64,000 nucleotides of DNA from Felis catus (lineage: Eukaryota): contig NC_058368.1 in the NCBI RefSeq assembly GCF_018350175.1, positions 237,710,001-237,774,000 of the forward strand. The letters run 5' to 3'. A model generated the notes under the pieces. That model did no database searches. It was not told where the DNA came from and saw nothing but the letters and a program-made list of their open reading frames with translations. The translations under genes and the position numbers were made by a program. This document shows, one piece after another, positions 11,943 through 25,154 of the stretch (its first letter is position 1; each line of letters begins with the position of its first letter).

Positions 11943-13945
11943 AGTCATGTTTTGGAAACCCTAAATAGAAGTAGAGCTAAAAAGATAAGAAGTAATTCCT
12001 GTTGCCCAAGAATTCAGATTCTGGAGCATTCTTTCAGGCTGTGTCCCGTGATCGATCAGCACACCTCAGTATCAGGCATTTCATGAAAACCGGGAGACGC
12101 CTCGCCGTACAGGGAGCGCCCTCAACGCCCATGAACATCTTGAGGACTCTTGTCTGTAACAAACAGATGCATTTCGTTTTAACTTCGTGTTTCCAACCCT
12201 GTTGTCTATCGGCCCTCGGAACACCAATCACCCTGCAGACCCGCCCCCGAGAAACAGACTGGACGCCTCTGAAGGGTGGGACAGGACGCCAGGGTGCGGG
12301 CACAGACGGGCCCTGCTGGTCCTCGGAGGCAGAGATTCGCCTGTGGGTCTGCCTTGCTGTGCTTGGAACGCTCCCTGGGCTGAAAGCCGGCTGCGGAGAC
12401 ATCACCGGTGTGGGGCCGTGCTTCTTGGACCCGCTTCTCGGAAGACGAGCCCATCCTTGAGGCAGAGCGGGCGTCTTGCAGGCCAGGCTGTGCCCATGTG
12501 GCCCGCGGGCCTGACGAAGACTTCGGGGTCTCTTCCACCCCTCACCTCACGGACCCCTCACTGGAGGAGGAAAGAGAACAGCCTGGAAGCTGTGTCTAAG
12601 CAGCGTAACCCTTCTTCTACTTCTGTGAGGTCCGGTTAGGGACAACAGTTTCGCACATCCTTACAGCTTTGGGTTTTCGGTTCGTCTTTATGAATAATTC
12701 GCATGTAGTCCTCGGCTACTGTTCCGCTGAGTGTGACATGACTCGATTCGTAAACACGTGTCATGTTGCCGTCCCCCACAAAAATGAAGCCCCAACATGC
12801 GTATCCACGAGCGGACCCGCAGCCATGCAGCCACGATGCCGTGGGACAGGCGCTCCTCCTCCTGAGCCACCACAGTGGTCTTGCCCCAGTCTTGGTGACT
12901 GAGGAAGTCTTGAAGCTTCGACCCAACATAGGTCAAGTTCAAGGGGGTCTGGCATAAAGGGGGGAGAGGATGATTGGGCAGAGAAATAATGGCTGGTCTG
13001 GGGTCTCGGAGGCCCCGCATGGGTCAAGTTCACCAGAAAACTTCCCCAGAAAACGGAGGAGGGAGCGAAGTCCCCAGAACCCGCCGGGCACCCGGTGACA
13101 GAAGTAGTGGGTCAGGAAGGTAGTAAGGAGGTAGCCGTGGAGCCAGGCTGCACCTGTCCTTCCCTGGGGTGCACACGGGAGGCCCCGGATCGTTGATCCT
13201 GGACCATGAGCAGTGGAAGAAAGCCCTGGCACCCCCCCTCCCCCACAGCTGTGCTAGAGCTTGAATAAAGCGTGGGCCACGGGTCTGCTGCTCTGAGAAG
13301 GTTTTACGGTTTTCCCTCTGTCACTCCCCCTAAGCTCGTTCCTCTGTGCCCTTGGGAACACACTGGCTCTGAGGGTCCCCAGGGTCCCTCAGGGGACTAC
13401 CGTCCATGCACCCGGGCTCTGTGTCTCTGATGCACACAGGCTGGTGTCATCTCATGCGCCATGAAGTCGACCTCAGGGAGTGACGGGGCACCCATTTGGT
13501 CATTTGGCTATTTTCTGAAGAAATATCCACACAGTATCTTCCGGGAAATGAACTTTACTCTTTTAAAACTACAGCCATCTTTAGATTTTTGTAGAAGGTG
13601 TGTTGAAGGAAAATTAGTCTTCTTCATTACTGACTACTTTAGAAATGCGAAGGTATTTGACTTTCCATCTTTCTTACTCACGTTTATAATGCATAAAAGA
13701 CCCAGGCCACAGTCCTTTTAACAATTGCTGTTGGCACCTAACCTTCAGAAATAGAGTCTTCAACGGGCACTTTGGGGAAGAAGGTCCTAAAGTGAACAGG
13801 ACAGGGTGTCCCCGAGCTGGACAGTTGGGGGCACACCACCGCCCTGAGACGTGTGCATTCCCTGAATGTTCCCCAAAGAGCTGGGACATGGAAAAGTCTT
13901 TTTATCCATCTGTCATTTCCCCTACGCTCCCCATTTACCTGCCTT

Positions 13946-13948
<3 letters not shown>

Positions 13949-13989
<41 letters not shown>
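13949..13989. repeat. (TC)n microsatellite, about 20 units
   Basis: Perfect dinucleotide run. Confidence 0.97.
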
Positions 13990-13992
<3 letters not shown>

Positions 13993-16900
13993 AGGTTTGA
14001 CAAACTCTGACCCAGCTTCCGAATTTCATTCTCCAAAGCAGGATCTGTGGTCCAGAGGTGCTGACTAGCTCCAAGCTCTTGGGCCCAGTATCCGGAGCGC
14101 TGGGGACCCTGCTCGAATTAAGGTGGCTATTTCGCAGATTGTGTTAGAAAGTCAACAACTGAAGATGAACAGCAAATACCTATATTCTGTCGGACACTCC
14201 TTATTTCTACACCCAAATGCTTCTAGTTTTAATATACTGTCTATGTTGGGAGCATGTACATATATTTCGTATACAATTTTCAAATAAGCAGCCGAAGTCT
14301 CATGACACTTTTAAAGCCTGAGCTAAACACCATCCACCCCTCGTGCATTTGTGCTTCCTTCTGTGTGTCAGTAGCTCTGCATCACGGGCGTAAAAATACT
14401 CTTGAAGGTGTGGGAGGGTCAGGGGAGTGGGCAGAGGGTGGAGGGGTGGCGGACAGAGTTCTGCACCCCCAGGCACCGTCCAGGGGCCCTGGAGCCACCA
14501 GTGATCGGGGATCGCAGGGTCTGTGTGCCTGGCCCCAGGAGACCCGCAGAGCAATGTCACCCACTCTGGGTGGGCTCTCAGCTCTGACCCACTCTGGGGT
14601 CGTGGCGGTAAGGCCTCGCTTGAGAGTTTGGCCAATAATCACACTGTCAAGTCCAGCATGCCCCCGGCCACCTCGTCACGAGCATCTCACCCGCGATGAT
14701 CTCTGTTTTCCCAAAAACGGTGTGAACACACTAAGGGCACGATTGCCTCCTTTCATCTGTGACTCTGGAGGGACAGTCCTACATTAGCGGGCCTTTTTGG
14801 AAGATGTATTGGACTTTAATAAAACTTGATCAATGCATTTAAGTCAAATTGAATTATATGTAAGTGGATAGGGTTGACATATGTTTCAATATCTGTGAGT
14901 GATACATTATTCTCCAGTGAGCATAAAATTTAATGAAATATAAATACCCATTAATCCTCATGTTTCAACCAATCAGTCACTGTGGCTGGTGCCTGCTGTG
15001 AGCAGAAGCGGGCCCAGAAAGTCATCTGTTTCATCGAAGCAGGAGTTCCAACCTGGAAAGACATCAGAAGACGAGAGAAGAGAGGAGGCCCAGGGCGGGA
15101 AGCCTGCCAGCTTGAGGCAGCGCGGCCGCCCCCCTCCTCTCCAGCCCGGTGCGCGGGGGCCCTTCTCCTTTCCTCCTGGGTTTGCCGTGATCGGCGAGAG
15201 ACACCAGGGAGTCCTCACTGTCCCTCCGCCCTTCGTCTGGGCGCAGTCACCCCTGCATGTCCCTAAAACTGCACACAGAAATACAGAAACGGAAAAACAG
15301 AGTGGGCCCTGCCCCCATTGCCTCCGTGGAGGGGCCAGTGGGCTGTTGGTGATGCAGAAACTGGCCCTGGCAGGTGACAGATCCTTTACCTTGAAGGTCT
15401 GGTTTTGAGGGGTGGCCGCGCGCCTAACCGCAGGGCACGGTCGGACCGTTCCAGTGAGACCCCCTGGCCGGTCACCTCACAGATTCAGCTGGAGGCAAAA
15501 GTCTCCCACCTGAGCAACGCCAGGGAGCGGCCGGCGGGAGCGGGGAGCCCGCGGGGACAGGGCGTGTGGCTCCCAAGGTCGCTGCTGCGAGTCCTGGAGA
15601 GCAGGCGGATCCTCGGAAGACCCTAAGCAGACGCGGCACAAGTTGGAGGCCTAAGAGCAAACACAGGGGAAGGGTTTCAGGGGCGGGAGAGTCAGGGGGG
15701 CTGGAGGAGGGGCCCTGCTCACGGGAGGAGGGGTGCACGCCTCCAGAGAGGAGCCAGGCCCTGGTGGCCGCGGCCTGCGGGCGCTGTAGGGAGCGGGCAA
15801 GGGAAGAGACGCACGGAGCTCTGGGGGCTCTTTCCCCCGACACCCTGAAAGAGCCACAGGGCGGGGCCCTCCGTGGGAAACCCGCCGGAGGCGACACTCC
15901 AGGCCAAACTATGTGTGTCACCCCAAACTACGTGTGAAAGCACGTGACACTTTGGAAGCCCATCAACACCCCTGTTGCGACCGGAAAGAGAAAGGAGCAA
16001 GCTGCCGCCACGTGGAGGGGGGGGGGGGGCTGCAGGCAGAGCGCGCTTTGGTGGGGGGCGGCACCACCCCCGGGGGGCCGGGCAGAGGGCTCCACGAGGG
16101 GGCTGCCCAAGGTCCCCGAAACTGGAGATCACGTCCCCGAGCTGCTCCGCGGAGGCGTTCACGGGACAGGTTCGTTCTGAGCACGGGCACGAGACGCCCC
16201 CAGGAAAGACGGCAAACCGGTGAGGGGGCCCGGCCCCCACAGGGAAAGCGAAGTCCTTCGTAACGGATGGACACGTGTGACGCCGCTGACGTATTTGTCT
16301 ACACCTTAGTTTTCCCATAACTTAAGTGCTAGTTCGTGAAGGTGCAGAGGACTCCACTGAAGAGACAGCCTTCCTTTTCTCCTTTCTTTTCACAGACAAG
16401 ACCCATAAAATCAGCGAAATCTCAAAGGCCCGCAGCAGCGGAGGCTCACGTATGCACCTGCCCCCCACAGCAAAGCAGAAAGCCCTAAACGCTCACCACC
16501 TCCACTAGTCGGGAATCCCAGAGCAAGCGGTGCTTAGCGAGATTCTGTGCGCATCTTGGAATCTACATTATTCGTCGCCACAAGCGCCAGTTCGCTTTCA
16601 CAGAGCTGATCCCAGCAGGTGATGAGCGGGGACTACTGATCCCAGGAGCCGTGCAGGAGACCCGAGGAGATGGCCTGCCACCCTGGACCAGGCCGGACCA
16701 GGGTTCCACTCAGCAGGATTTCAGGTCTCGGCCGGGTCTGCAGCTTGTGCGTGAAGCACGCACCTTAACCGCGGCGGCTCCCGCTTCGCTCTGAGATGGC
16801 GAAGCTACGGGAGGACGCTGAGAACCAGCTGATGTATCACGAAACAGAATCTGAGTTGCCCGTTCTGTGGCTTCGTGACGACAGGTGCCCGGCCAAACCG

Positions 16901-19739
16901 GCCCGCCGGCTCCACGGCACGGGGATGCCCCGGTCAGCACCGGCTGGTTTTCGCTGTTACCACAGCCTAGTCTTGACCGTCATCACCCGCAGATGGCACC
17001 TGACACGACTTTCCGTGCGAGACACGCGCTCGTGAGACCTCGCGTGGCGTCACTGGAGGCCCCCTGTGCCCGCCCGGACCGCAAGACCCTCGGTCTTCCA
17101 CGTGGGGCGGACTTGCTGTGCGCGGTAACAGGCAGTGATGTGTCCTCCCGGGGGACAAGCTCCCGCACGGGCTGCTCCACCCGAGCGCAGAAGACAGGCT
17201 ACGGCCCGCCTGACAAAGGGGCTTCCTCTTCAGGCGGCGGCCGCCCCGGCACCTGCGTCTCGTGACCCCCGTCAGGGCCGGTGTCCCCCCAGTCGCTCCT
17301 GCCCAGGGCACGAGGGAAGGACGTCACGCGGAAGCAGCACCCCACCTCCCGTTTCTTCGGCTATTTGCATAACTGAGGACGGACGACGACTTCTTGGGGT
17401 CAGGGATCCCCCATCAGGACCAGCTTCCTGGAGCCGTCCTCCGCTTCGGCCCCTCGACATGCAGGCTGACGGCCGGTCTGCACATGCTTGTCCTTAGCGA
17501 CCGGCGAGGGAGACGGGGGAGGGGGCCCACGGCCACGGCAGCTCAGTCCGGGGCCGCTCTGTTCTTTCTGCTTCTTTCCAGCCGGGGTCTCGTGGGTGAG
17601 GCCGGGACACAGGCGCTGGGCTGGGCTTCTTACTGGCTTTTGTGACCGTAAGTAGACATGTCTGTTTTCCGTCCTCCAAGCTCCTCGGGTCCAAAATGGA
17701 ATAACTCCTCCCTGACTCTCCTGTGCGCGCATGTCCTGGGGGACGTGCGCTCGGGGTAACGTCCTTCCGTGTGGGCTCTGTTGTCCGGGGGTTTTGTTCT
17801 ATAGAAGACATCAGTGGCAGGAAAAATACATAAAGAGACAAGGTCTGACCTGCATGGACGTGGCTCCAAGCTTTGTAGGACACACCCCCTTCCCCCCAGA
17901 GCCGTGGGGGGGGGGGCCTCGGCCTGGCCCCGGGAGGTGGGCGTGGCATGAACACCAGGGGGGGCTGCAGCCCTGCGTCCCATAGTTTCCTAAGGAGTGA
18001 TTCTTAAATACTATTCCTGAGAATTAGCTGGATGTTGGACCTCCTTTCCCTCAAATGGTCCAGATAACTGATGGGGAGAGAGCAGCCATGGTGACCACCA
18101 CTGACAGTGTCCGAAATCACCCACCGCCCGTGGCCACGTTCCTGCGCAGATGAGGTATAAACGTGGAGAGGAATCAGGCCAGCGGGTCACCACGAGCGCA
18201 CGGTGGCAGGAATCCTGTGAGTCAGAAGGAAGGGACAGCTGAGACCAGGACACGTACTGTTGCTCAAACTGAGCCTTATTTTAATTTTTGAGAATCCTCT
18301 GTTTCCCTCTCCGTTTCCCAGCGGAAGGGACAAGACGGCAGACGTCGTGGCGTGCGAGTTCCCTCAGTCGACTGGTCTGTGCCCCGACTTTGGGGACGAT
18401 GTGCCAAGCCAAGGAAATCCACGTACATAGCTGGTTCTCCTGTGACACTTGAAGCAAGACTTGGGAGGATTTATCAGCAGGAGTTTGAAGTTCAGGTGCC
18501 TTATCCAACCAGACTCGTACAGTCCAGAGACCAGAGGGGCCCGCTGTGGCCAGTGTGTGCGTGGGCAGGACGCCACGGAGCCACCCCGGGCGTGGACGCT
18601 CCAGATCGGGGGCACGGTGGCCTGCTCGGCTCTCTCTGTGTTGAAGAGGCGGTGACATTCTGCTTGTCTATAGCTCCAGTCAAGCTTCTGGGTCGATTAC
18701 TAGGTACGGTCTCTCGGCTGCCCTCCCGTAGTGAACAGGGCCCGGCCGCGCGGGGTCTGGATCTGCCCCTGGGGCAGGGGCGCGGGGGAGGACACAGGGC
18801 CGGGGAGGGCAAAGACCCTCTGTGCTCCATGACATCACCCCCGCCACGGCCTTCGGCTGGGCCCAGGGTCCTGCTTGTGAGGCCTCCATGCACCCAGAAG
18901 CGGCCTTCCCGGAGCCCCCGGGACTGGCAGGATGGCCCGTTGATCCCAAGGCCTGGGTGTCGCTTCCGGAACGTCCTGCAAGCCCCGCCCCTTCCCTCGG
19001 GGCCCCCGGCGTGAAGTCGGGAGCTGCTCATGCCCTCACGAAGTGATGCTGTCCTCCCCAGCTGCACCGGGCTCGGCAGTGCTGGTCCCTAACCTCCATC
19101 AGATGCTGTTCCTTCTCCTGATTCCCCACCTACGAACTGCAGACTCGCCTGGGGTGCTCGGGATAGCTTCCTCTGAGACCACCTTTCAATTAACTTCATG
19201 GGGGATCAAGAACCGCCTCAAGGTGCCGGAAGGGGGCTCCGGAAACAGAGCACCTCAATCAAGGTCACGGGGTTTAGTTAATGACCGCGACGATCGCGCA
19301 ATCCCACAGAATGGAGACAGCAGGGGAAACAGGGCAGAGCAAAGAGCATATCCTGGCCGGAACTGAAGCGTCGCCTGCATTGTAGAGAGAATAAGGTGCG
19401 GTGGGTGTGGCAGATCTGGGCAACCGTCCTCTGGGAACATGAGCGGGTGCTGGTGGCAGGTGCGCAGGGCACTGGCGGGTGCGCCAGAGGGCAGTGGGCC
19501 CGGCAGCAGGTGCGCAGGGAGCCGGCGGCCCCGAACAGCCAGGTACCCCGCTTCGCTCCCTTCCGAGACCAGCCTCCTAGGACGTGTCCCGAGCCTCACG
19601 CTTTACAGACAACCAAGCCAAACACACGCTTTACAGAGGCGGGTGATCCCCGTGCTTGGTGCTGAGAGTCCACACCAGGGACTTCTAACGAGCAGCCAGA
19701 CTCGTCATTAACTGCCTGGTGCGCGTTTCCCCGCCTCAC

Positions 19740-19880
19740 CCTCTCGAACCCCGTAACTCTGGTGGTGTTATCGTCCCCTTGTCACAGGGGGAAACTGGGT
19801 CTTCAGGGGGCAAGGGACTGTGTGCAGGTATTCGGCGAACTCGGGAGCTGGTCACCAGCCCGGGTGTCTGATTACCGGGG
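19740..19880 (-). mobile_element. MIR fragment (GC-shifted)
   Basis: GTTATCGTCCCCTTGTCACAGGGGGAAACTGGGTCTTCAGGGGG resembles the antisense MIR core. Confidence 0.5.
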
Positions 19881-20110
19881 CCCCCGCTCCCTGTCACCGA
19901 CCAGGTGGGCTCAGTGGTCAGGTCGACCGACGTACACGGCATGCCTCCTAAGCTCTACACCCTGGGCCACACGCTTGTGTCTAGTGAGGCCTTGAAAACA
20001 CACGTGAGAAAACGATCAGAAGGGGGCAAACCTCACTCTGGCTTTTGAGTCCTTGAGGAGGACACGCGGGGGAATGCCAGGAATGGAAACGTTTATAAGT
20101 TTGTGTCCGA

Positions 20111-20740
20111 GTGTGTGTGAGTGTGGGTGTGTGAGCTGTGTGTGGGTGTGTGTGAGTCAGTGCGAATGTGAGAGTGAGTGTGAATGAGTGTGTAAGAGTG
20201 GGCGTGAGTATGTGTGGGAGACTGTGGGTGTGTGAGTGAGTGAGTGTGAATGAGTGTAAGAGTGGGTGTGCACGTGTATGTGTGGGAGACTGTGGTGTGT
20301 GGGAGTGTGAGAGTGAGTGTGAATGAGTGTGTAAGAGTGGGTGCGAATGTGTATGTGTGGGAGACTGTGTGGGTGTGTGTGTGTGAGAGTGAGTGTGAAT
20401 GAGTGTGTAAGAGTGGGTGCGAGTGTGCATGTGTGGGAGACTGTGTGGGTGTGTGAGTGTGTGAGAGTGAATGAGTGTGTAAGAGTGGGCGTGAGTATGT
20501 GTGGGGGACTGTGGGTGTGAGTGAGTGTGTGAGAGTGAGTGTGAATGAGTGTGTCAGAGTGGGTACGAGTGTGTATGTGTGGGAGACTTGTGGGTGTGTG
20601 AGTGTGTGAGTGTGAATGAGTGTGTGAGAGGGTGTGCGTGTGTATGTGTGGGAGACTGTGTGGGTGTGTGAGGGTGAGTGTGTGAGTGTGAGAGCGTGAG
20701 TGTGAGTGCGAGTGCGTGAGTGTGAGAGCGTGAGTGTGTG
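20111..20740. repeat. TG-rich minisatellite with an approximately 70-bp higher-order unit, about 7 copies
   Basis: The anchors GTGAATGAGTGTGTAAGAGTGGG and TGTGTGGGAGACTGTG recur every 66-78 bp. Confidence 0.93.
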
Positions 20741-20940
20741 TAGGGTGGCAACACGACAGGACGCTCCGCTAGGAATTGTTCTAATTTATCAGTATTTAAT
20801 GTTTATTTAAATATAAACACGTTATATTCAATATCACATACTATTTTTTTTTCTCAATCGTAAATCAGTCCTGAGTTTGGATTGGAAATATGAGCTTGAA
20901 TTCACGGTGATGTTATTTTTTAAAAATTCGACGAGATGTT

Positions 20941-21090
20941 GGGGCCCCTGGCTGGCTGAGTCGGTAGAGCATGAGACTCTTGGTCTCGGAGTCGTGAGTT
21001 CAAGCCCCATGTTGGGCGTCAAGCTTATGGAAACGAGTTCAAGCCCCATGTTGGGCGTCAAGCTTATGGAAAATAAAGTAAAATAAAAAA
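20941..21090 (+). mobile_element. Short, older-type CanSINE (no CT tract) with an internal tandem duplication
   Basis: Head GGGGCCCCTGGCTGGCTGAGTCGGTAGAGCATGAGACTCTTG, B-box GTTCAAGCC present twice, A-rich tail. Confidence 0.92.
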
Positions 21091-23797
21091 TACAGTACAA
21101 TACAATTCACGGAGCGTCCCAGCTCTGAGAGGCGGCAAGGAGCACCTTGGCACCTGCACCGTGCTCTCCGAGAACCGTGGGCCACCCGGAGGGACGAGTG
21201 GAGGTCAGGTCCCATGGAGGCGGAGGGTCCCTCTGCGTAAAGGACACGAGAACCGAGCGGACGAGCCCAGAAGCAGGTGTGGCGCGCATCGGGTGGGCGC
21301 ACGGGCCAGGGCTCCGCAAGCAAGGGCTCCCGCTGAGAGCCAGGAGAAGGGACAGGTGTGGAGGGACATGGGGCTCTAGTGCCTAGAGTCTCGGGGGCGG
21401 GGGGACAACAGCTGGGGCCAGCAGCGGGCTCCGTGCCCGGGGAGTCGGGTGTGCGATCCTCCCCGACCAGCAAGGGCTCCGTCGCCACGGCGGGTCCAGG
21501 TCCGAGATGCAGACGTGGGGCGCGCAGGTCTCAGCACACAGGTAAGCTGACCAGGACCGTGCAGTGGGGAGAAAGTGCTACAGGCTGGCAGGTGGGGGTG
21601 CGGGGTGACGATGGTGCATGGGCGCCGCGACGGTGGGGAGCGGGGGGGGGGGTGGCAGAAGGCATGAGGCGAGACCACCAGGAGACGGTGCCGAAGACAG
21701 AAGGGGCTTGCTGACGGCTGGCCCAGAGTTCCGGAGGGAAGAGGGGAAGAGTCCCAAAGTTGGGAAGGGGTGGAAATCGGGTTCACAACACGAGAGCCAC
21801 AGGACGAGGCGGGTGCGAGTGCCCGGAGGACGGGGAGTCTGCACTTTCTCTGCGTGAGAACAGAAAGAGCTGTGGCTTCGGGAGTGCGGCGAGGTGGGGG
21901 CGGGGCAGATGGAAACCGTCCAGTGGGATGGCATCCTCGGGAAGAGGAAAGATGGGAAAAATCAAGGACGGTCAGTCCCCGTTGGAGTGCCAGCCTCCGC
22001 CCCACTGACGGGAACCAGAGCCACGAGCCACAGGAGATCCGTGTAGGGAAATCTCGCAGCAAGGGCAGAGCTGGTCGCGACCATGGGGGAAGAGGAGTCC
22101 TTGCTTACAGCGTCCCTGCGGGGTTGGAGGTGTGTCAGAATGAGGACGTTGGTGTAAAGCAGGCTCATTCCCGCGGGGAGATCCCACGAGGAGCTCCCCT
22201 CAAAGCCCAGTCCTCGGGGGACAGGGCGGGGCACTCCCAGGGGCCCCGCGGCCACGGAGGCAGGAGGGAGGTGCTGCGGGCCGGGAGCAGCGGGAGTGAC
22301 CAGCACCCTGTCCCGGGAGGGGGACCCCCGAGGTCTCCGTCGGGAACTGACCGTGACGCCTGGGCCGCCCCAGGTCTGAACGCAGACGAGAACGGGACCC
22401 ACAGGGAACTGGGCGCTGTGTGTCCATCCCGTGATTTGACTGCAGGACGGATCACGTTTCTTGGTGTCGAGGTTCTGGAAAGATCTGAAAGGGGAGCAGA
22501 ACAGCAGCTGCTTCCTAATTAGCCGTCTTTGTACTGAATATCCGTAGGGTGCGGCCCGAGTTCGACTTTTATCAAAAGAAACTGAATTATAAGGAGCACA
22601 AACAAAGTCTGGTCTCCACTTACAGGTTTATACTCACTCACATAAGACAGTGATTAATACACTGCAATCGTTTCTCCCTTGGGCAAAGATTACACATTTT
22701 TCATTCATCCTTCTCACTCTCCTTCTGATTGAAAGCCCGAGTTTTTCTGCAGATCACGGTTCTAATGCATGCTGTCAGAAAGTCATTATCGTTGATTTTG
22801 CAGAATTCTCCGTTTCCTCCACCTTTCATCTCATGTGCTAATTTCTTGGTTAGCAGCCATTTCTTACACCTGCTCAACTCTCTGTTCTCCGGGGCAGAAC
22901 CACAGAGCCACGCAATTCCGTCCCCACGCCGTTCGAGAGGCGCAGCGCTGCGCAGGCGTCTGGGAGGCCGGGGGTCCTGGGGCAGGACTTCAGACTTCGT
23001 GCGGTTGGAGTCCACGGTCGCGGAGGAAAGAACTGACTCCAGGCTGCGAGGGCAGAAACGGATTTAGCAAAGCCTCCTAGCGGCCCCGCATCTCCAGCAA
23101 GCTCCAGACTCAGGTCCAAGAGCACATTGCTGGCCACAGCCCCCAGCCAGCGGGCAAGACTCTTGTGTTGCGGACGGTCCAGCCGCCTCGCCGCCCTCCG
23201 GTTGGACGCAAGGAGCTCCGGGGGCCATTCCAGAAACAACGGAGGCAGAGCCATGGCCCTTCCCCATAGTCTCCTTGTGTCGAGATGGATGCCAGCATGT
23301 TGGGCCACCTTCTAGCTGTACGGGAGTCCAACAAGTGTTTGTTTTTCTCTCTATTAAATGCTGATGTAAGAGAACTCATACAGGGGAAGTTGTCAAGAGG
23401 TCAAAGGAGCGTTCAAATGATCGGGACAGCTACCAGGAACAAGCCTCCGGGGTAAACCTCACGGGGCAAGTCTCAGGTATTTGGACTATTATTATCCACA
23501 ATTTCACACTTGAAAAGAACAAAGACGTGATCTCTTGAAGGCTGTCTAGATCTATTTTGCATTATTTGAGAAAGCAACGCACAGACTGGGTCTCTATGAA
23601 ATGTCACTCGTGAAGTAACAGCCACAAGAAAAGGTCCAGGATATCTCTGGGAAGCGCCGTAACATAAAATGTTTAATTTTCCTTAGAAATCTTCAGTGAC
23701 TCTTGTCCCATGTGGGAACAACAGAGCAGAGTAAAAGCTACGAGGATATGTGCCCAGGATGCAATTATCTTGGCCAGACTTGGAAGTCACTGTGGTT

Positions 23798-24031
23798 AGG
23801 GTGCCGGGTGGCTCAGTCGGTTGAGCGTCTGACTTCGGTTCAGGTCACGATCTCGCAGTCTGTGGGTTCGAGCCCCATGTCGGGCTCTGTGCTGACAGCT
23901 TGGAGCCTGGAGCCTGCTTCGGATTCTGTGTCTCCCTCTCTCTCTGCCCTTCCCCCCCACTTGTGCTCTGTTTCTCTCTCTCTCTCTCTCTCTCAAAAAT
24001 AAATAAACATCAAAAAATAAATTAAAAAAAA
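23798..24031 (+). mobile_element. CanSINE (feliform SINEC)
   Basis: GGTGGCTCAGTCGGTTGAGCG head, CT tract and AAATAAATAAACAT tail. Confidence 0.96.
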
Positions 24032-24145
24032 TTGCCGTTATTACCTTCGAAAACTGATGTGTCAAAATGTAATTACTTTAAGTTTCTCAAGGCTTGAAAA
24101 ATATTCACCCCCAGCTCACCAACCCATGCTTTCCAAAGGTATCAT

Positions 24146-24375
24146 GGGAGCGCCTTGTGGCTCAGTTGGTTAAGCTTCCGACTTCGGCTCAGGTCATGAT
24201 CTCACGGTCTGTGAGTTCAAGCCCCGAGAGGGGCTCTGTGCTGACAGCTCGGAACCTGGAGCCTGCTTTGGATTCTGTGTCTCCCTCTCTGTCTGCCCCT
24301 CCCCAGCTCACACTCTGTCTCTCTCCCTCTCAAAAATAAATAAACATAAAAAATTTCTTTTAAACAAAAAACAAA
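24146..24375 (+). mobile_element. CanSINE (feliform SINEC)
   Basis: GTGGCTCAGTTGGTTAAGC head, CT tract and A-rich tail. Confidence 0.96.
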
Positions 24376-25117
24376 TATATCTTTTTCTCCACTTTAGTAT
24401 CTCGGTAGAGATTTTATAGACTCCGAAGCTAGCCCAGCATCCTCAGAGTGGGCGTGGGAATCCGCATGAATCCAGGAGTGTCTGCCTTGCCTGCGGCTTG
24501 AGACCATGGCTCAGAGAGCTTCTGAGACGACTCCTATGCCTTCCAGCAGGTGCTGGTGTGACGGTCCGCCCCATGTCCCCACCCCCAGCCCACCGGTCAC
24601 CTCTGCTGCAGGAAGAGAGGGTTTAGAAGCAGATCCTACAAGTGCTGCCCACGACCTCAGATCGCGGGAGGAGGCCAGGATAATCAGTGCTTCGCTGCTC
24701 AAACCCAGCACCCAGGACTTGGGAGATTTCATTTCTCCCCGGCTAAAAATGCTCACCTTACTTTAAGTCCCCTCACCGTTACAGGAACCAGACGGCGAGC
24801 AGTAATAATTGAAGGGCATAGAGAAATGTGGAATTTGCTGTTTAATAAAGCAAAACTCAGTGTCACTGTAGTCGGGATGTAAGGGCATCGTCACGGAGGT
24901 TTCTGTTTTTTTTTCCTTCTTCTGACACACTGCCTCATGAGTGATTTGGATCTGATGATGGGTTGTTTTTAAGCCACAACAGTACTTTACGGCTGATACT
25001 TTGTCACTCTCCTTAATTCAGAGTCTTCTTTGCTCCATAAAGAACTTGGTCTTTCACCAAAAGGGGGCAAAGCAAGAGTGAGGAGACCCGGGCTCCGAGG
25101 AGTGAGTACAAAGTCTA

Positions 25118-25120
<3 letters not shown>

Positions 25121-25152
<32 letters not shown>
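25121..25152. repeat. (GT)n microsatellite, about 16 units
   Basis: Perfect dinucleotide run. Confidence 0.97.

Positions 25153-25154
<2 letters not shown>

Noticed and set aside
12930..13320. Possible old LTR with AATAAA at about 13264
   Set aside because: I could not place terminal TG...CA ends, a TSD or a family match. It needs a Dfam search.
20941..21015. tRNA-like sequence with A and B boxes (the other SINE heads are similar)
   Set aside because: These are tRNA-derived CanSINE heads followed by A-rich tails, not tRNA genes.
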